DNA from: Polyangiaceae bacterium
GTDB taxonomy: Bacteria; Myxococcota_A; Polyangia; Polyangiales; Polyangiaceae
NCBI GenBank assembly: GCA_044376115.1
Contig: JBILLK010000013.1
Span: 160,001-224,000, forward strand
DNA: 64,000 nt
Reading direction: 5' to 3'
The stretch's first letter is position 1, and every line of letters starts with the position of its first letter. Positions 60,739 to 64,000 of the stretch are shown here, piece by piece. Below the pieces are notes generated by a model, which was not told the origin of the DNA, ran no database searches, and saw only the letters and a program-made list of their open reading frames with translations. The translations under genes were made by a program, and so were the position numbers.

Positions 60739-60926
60739 CAGGCATCTTCTTTCGATGAGATCATTCGGTTTGCTGCATCCGCCTTCGGCGGATTGTCAGA
60801 AGCGTTCGGGCGCGCCGACCGGCGCGGGCTGGGCACCGCTCAGGTGGCCACACCCAGCTTGGGCAATACCCACGTCTGAAGGACGACCCAGAACGCGATG
60901 AATCCCACAATTCCTAGCCAATCCAT
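60738..60926 (-). CDS. Putative small membrane selenoprotein (62 aa, UGA at codon 29 = Sec); 28 aa if UGA is a stop
   Basis: GGGGAAAG SD; MDWLGIVGFIAFWVVLQTWVLPKLGVAT-U-AVPSPRRSARPNASDNPPKADAANRMISSKEDA; SECIS-like hairpin after the UGA; terminal TGA overlaps the DUF302 ATG (TGATG). Confidence 0.65.
60800..60842 (-). promoter_or_regulatory. Bacterial SECIS-like element
   Basis: UGA-GCGGUGCCCAGCC-CGCGCC-GGUC-GGCGCG-CCCGAA-CGCUU; apical loop starts 20 nt after the UGA and begins with GGU. Confidence 0.6.
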
Positions 60927-60928
60927 GG

Positions 60929-61117
60929 CTACTTTCCCCGCAAACTATCGAGCCAGGACTTCTTGGCCGGAGCTTGTTGCGCACCAGCTTTGGCGGCCTG
61001 CTCGCGACATTGGCAGCGCTCGGCCCGCGGCACACTGCCCAGGACTTGCTCGACGTGCATGCCACAACCGGCGTAGCTGGGCCGACCACACTTGGAACAT
61101 TGAACTCGACTACACAT
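60929..61117 (-). CDS. Small Cys/His-rich putative metal-binding protein (62 aa)
   Basis: AAGGAG SD; MCSRVQCSKCGRPSYAGCGMHVEQVL..VP..ERCQC. Confidence 0.75.
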   Translation of the reverse strand: MCSRVQCSKCGRPSYAGCGMHVEQVLGSVPRAERCQCREQAAKAGAQQAPAKKSWLDSLRGK

Positions 61118-61242
61118 TGCAGGGCTCCTTGCTCGGGCGTGTTTCACGCCGCTGTCCTTGAGAGTCGGGTAATGCACAAAGGATTCCAACAAAGCGCAGC
61201 GACCAGCCGCGCTGCCCTGTAGTCTGCGTGGCTAAGAGGGCC

Positions 61243-63504
61243 ATGAAACGTTCGCGTTCGTTCATCGCAGGGTTGCTCGTCAGCTTGGCCGGATCCGCCT
61301 GCAACGACGAAGTCGTTCAGCCGGTACCGCCGCTCGACCAAGACCTCTACTCCTTCGCCAACGGCTGCTTTTCGGTGGCAGCGTCTGCCCCTAGCGGTGG
61401 CAGCCCACGCTGGCTCGCTCCGACGCAAACCCGGCTTGAGTTTGCCGTCACCGGAGCCGAGCCGACGAAAGGCTCGCGCTTCTTCATGAAGGCCGCGGAT
61501 CTCGGCACCTACTTGCTGTACGACGAAGAGCGCCATTACCTGGTCGCGGAGGAGGGTCGGCTGTTGCGGCAGCCGAAGCTGCAGTCGGACATCCTGTTGC
61601 TCGACGACACGTACGTCTCGGGCGCTGAGTGGGAGCTGATCGCGCTCGAGGAGGAGTCGCGGTTTCAACTGCGCAGCATCCGCAGCGGGCAGTACCTCAC
61701 CGCGCTTGGCGGGCTCGGAGCCGAGGAAGAAGCGGCCGTTGTGACCTTTCATCCGCAGACCGGGTGCGCCGAGCATCCGGAGCTCACGCTCGATGCCGAG
61801 GGCGAGGTCGCACGCACCACCTTCGATGACGGGGCCGTCTTCGGCATCGTCGATGCGCACTCACACATATTCACCAACTTCGGCTTCGGTGGCGGCGGGA
61901 TCTTCCACGGCGCGCCCTTTCACCGCTTGGGCGTCGAGCACGCCCTGCCCGATTGCACGCAGTTCCACGGCATTGAAGGGCGCAAAGATCTGCTTGGCTT
62001 CGCCTTCGACAAGGGCACCGAGGGCAACCTCAACATCGACGTGCTCTTGCCCTCGCTCTTGCTCGGAACGCTCAGTGAGTTCAGCCATAACACCGAGGGC
62101 TACCCGAAGTTCACCGACTGGCCGAACGCGCCCTTCAGCTCGACGCACCAAACGCAATATTACCGTTGGCTCGAGCGCGCCTACCGCGGTGGCCTGCGCC
62201 TCGTGGTGCAACACGCAACCACCAACTCGGCGATGTGCGAGCTGATCAGCGGCCAGGACATTCAGCCCGTTCGCTACAGCTGCAACGACATGGTCACGGT
62301 CGATCGCAGTATCGAAGAGGCGTACAACCTCGAGCGCTACATCGACGCGCAGTTCGGCGGCGAGGGGCGCGGCTGGTTTCGCGTCGTAAAGACCCCAGCC
62401 GAAGCGCGCGCGGTCATCAGCGAAGGCAAGCTGGCGGTGATCCTAGGCATCGAGGTGTCCAACTTGTTCGACTGCTTCTTGGTGCAACCGGAGGGTATGC
62501 CCACCTGCGATGAGAACTTCCTGCTCGAGCAGCTGAACCGCTATCACGAGCTCGGAATCCGCGTGGTTTTCCCCACGCACAAGTATGACAACGGCTTCTC
62601 CGCCGGAGATGGGCACCGCACCATCAGCGAGATCGGCAACTTCGCCAACAGCGGTCATTGGTCGAGCTTCACGCTGGATTGTCCGCAAGGCGTGGCCAGC
62701 GCGTTCGACAAGGGCGACGTGACCTTCGGCGGCCTCAACCAGCCGCGCGAAGAGTTCATGGGGCCGCCTCCCAATGACATGAGCGGCTTCGCCGAAGCGC
62801 CGGTGAACACCTTGATTCCCTTCCTCGAGCAGCTGCAGGCGCCGCCGCTCGTCGGCGAATACTGTCAGAGCCACGGCCTCACACCGCTCGGTGAGACGTT
62901 GATCAACGAGCTGATGAAGCGCGGGATGATCGTCGAGATCGATCACTTGCCGCAGTGGTCCTATCAGCGCGCCTTCGATCTACTCGAGGCCAACGGCTAC
63001 CCGGCAGCCGCCACCCACGGCACCGAATACAGCGGCAAAATCTACGAAAACGGCGGCATCTCGAAGATGAACTTCTCACGCTGCCCCGATCCTGAGCGGC
63101 CCGGCTCAATGATCGATTCGCTGCGCGAGCGCACCGCCCGCATGGCCGAAGCGGGCGGCTACCCCGCCCCCGGCTTCGGCTTCGACCTCAACGGCTTCGC
63201 CGGCGCGGCAGACCCACGCTTTGGCGAAAAATCCCCGTGTTCGACGCCGCAAAAAGATCCGGTCAGTTATCCGTTCACCTCCTATGGCGGCGACGTCACC
63301 TTCACCGAGCCGCGCATCGGTGAGCGCCAACTCGACTTCAACACCGAGGGCCTCGTACACGTCGGGCTACTACCCGAGCTGATCGAGGATGCGCGCAGAA
63401 CCGGCGCGACCGATGAGGACCTCGAGCCCTTGTTCCGCTCGGCGGAGGGCTACTTGCGTATGTGGGAACGCGCTGAAGCTCGCTCGCTCACAATGAACGA
63501 TTGA
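61243..63504 (+). CDS. Lipoprotein amidohydrolase, membrane dipeptidase (M19)/ceramide N-deacylase-like, with an N-terminal beta-trefoil-like domain
   Basis: GSAC lipobox; DAHSH, THQTQYYRWLERAYRGGLRL, KLAVILGIE, EIDH, GFDLNG, EGLVHVGLLPELIED, LFRSAEGY.RMW. Confidence 0.78.
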   Translation: MKRSRSFIAGLLVSLAGSACNDEVVQPVPPLDQDLYSFANGCFSVAASAPSGGSPRWLAPTQTRLEFAVTGAEPTKGSRFFMKAADLGTYLLYDEERHYLVAEEGRLLRQPKLQSDILLLDDTYVSGAEWELIALEEESRFQLRSIRSGQYLTALGGLGAEEEAAVVTFHPQTGCAEHPELTLDAEGEVARTTFDDGAVFGIVDAHSHIFTNFGFGGGGIFHGAPFHRLGVEHALPDCTQFHGIEGRKDLLGFAFDKGTEGNLNIDVLLPSLLLGTLSEFSHNTEGYPKFTDWPNAPFSSTHQTQYYRWLERAYRGGLRLVVQHATTNSAMCELISGQDIQPVRYSCNDMVTVDRSIEEAYNLERYIDAQFGGEGRGWFRVVKTPAEARAVISEGKLAVILGIEVSNLFDCFLVQPEGMPTCDENFLLEQLNRYHELGIRVVFPTHKYDNGFSAGDGHRTISEIGNFANSGHWSSFTLDCPQGVASAFDKGDVTFGGLNQPREEFMGPPPNDMSGFAEAPVNTLIPFLEQLQAPPLVGEYCQSHGLTPLGETLINELMKRGMIVEIDHLPQWSYQRAFDLLEANGYPAAATHGTEYSGKIYENGGISKMNFSRCPDPERPGSMIDSLRERTARMAEAGGYPAPGFGFDLNGFAGAADPRFGEKSPCSTPQKDPVSYPFTSYGGDVTFTEPRIGERQLDFNTEGLVHVGLLPELIEDARRTGATDEDLEPLFRSAEGYLRMWERAEARSLTMND

Positions 63505-63509
63505 GCACG

Positions 63510-64000
63510 TCACTTCGACGGACAAGAGCCCAGACTTGGACGCGGCTCGATCGCTTCGTAGCTGGGCTTCTTCACAACGACGAGCTCGGGCGTAGTTGCG
63601 CTTGGGGTTCCTTTGGGCCCGGATGAAACTCCATCGAGCACAGCCACCAGTTGGTCGAGGCTAGGACCGGGCGTAGCGGCATAGCCCGCGAGCTTCAGGA
63701 TGCGGGCGAACTCGTCAGCGCGACCACGCGGCGCAAAGTGAAAGACGCCGCTCGGGCCACCCTGCACGCTGAAGGTTCCATCGTGGTTCGAGCCGGCTAC
63801 AGCCTCTGCAGGGAACTCGATCAGCAGCTCCTGCGCACCGGCTCGTAGCGGACAGACGAGCAACGTGGAGGCTGCACGACGAGCCACGTACGAGGGCGTG
63901 AAGGGCTCGCTACGAAAGGTGCCCTCGGCGAAGGCGATCAGCCGCAGCTGCTGGGTCGGAGAATCATAGACCGCGTGCGAACGAAACGAACGTTCGCCTC
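63510..64000 (-). CDS. Hypothetical protein, 5' end outside window
   Basis: The frame is open from the window end to the stop at 63510. Confidence 0.55.
   Translation of the reverse strand, partial: GERSFRSHAVYDSPTQQLRLIAFAEGTFRSEPFTPSYVARRAASTLLVCPLRAGAQELLIEFPAEAVAGSNHDGTFSVQGGPSGVFHFAPRGRADEFARILKLAGYAATPGPSLDQLVAVLDGVSSGPKGTPSATTPELVVVKKPSYEAIEPRPSLGSCPSK

Overview
High-GC (roughly 65-70% by eye) myxobacterial-type DNA, most like Polyangiales/Sorangium relatives: it has a MYXO-CTERM protein, many Cys-rich lipoproteins, Hanks-type Ser/Thr kinases and a split mlaEEF/mlaD locus. It appears to be several contigs joined without spacers, because genes break off abruptly near 3869, 6201, about 15005 and about 23047. 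The left ~10 kb holds type VI secretion spike genes (two pentapeptide-repeat proteins, DUF3540-like, DUF4150/PAAR-like, two tandem VgrG), a small protein plus nucleotidyltransferase pair and an ECF sigma/anti-sigma pair. The rest is mostly core genome: gyrA, hrpB-like helicase, mlaEEFD, pyrF, rlmB-like methyltransferase, cysteine desulfurase, lnt, coaE-pncA-pncB, phoX, folD, kinases, a LuxR/histidine kinase pair and an M19-like peptidase. The best find is absent from the ORF track: a small membrane ORF (60738..60926, minus) with an in-frame UGA followed by a well-formed bacterial SECIS-like hairpin (GGUC loop). Its read-through stop overlaps the ATG of the next gene. It lies in a three-gene operon between a Cys/His-rich mini-protein and DUF302, so this is a candidate selenoprotein redox/metal module. 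Also notable: many first-in-operon genes have a TAnnnT hexamer 6-8 nt before the start codon (leaderless mRNAs), and there is a candidate sRNA with phased GAAACA repeats at 60224-60321. No rRNA, tRNA, CRISPR array, transposase or reverse transcriptase was recognised.
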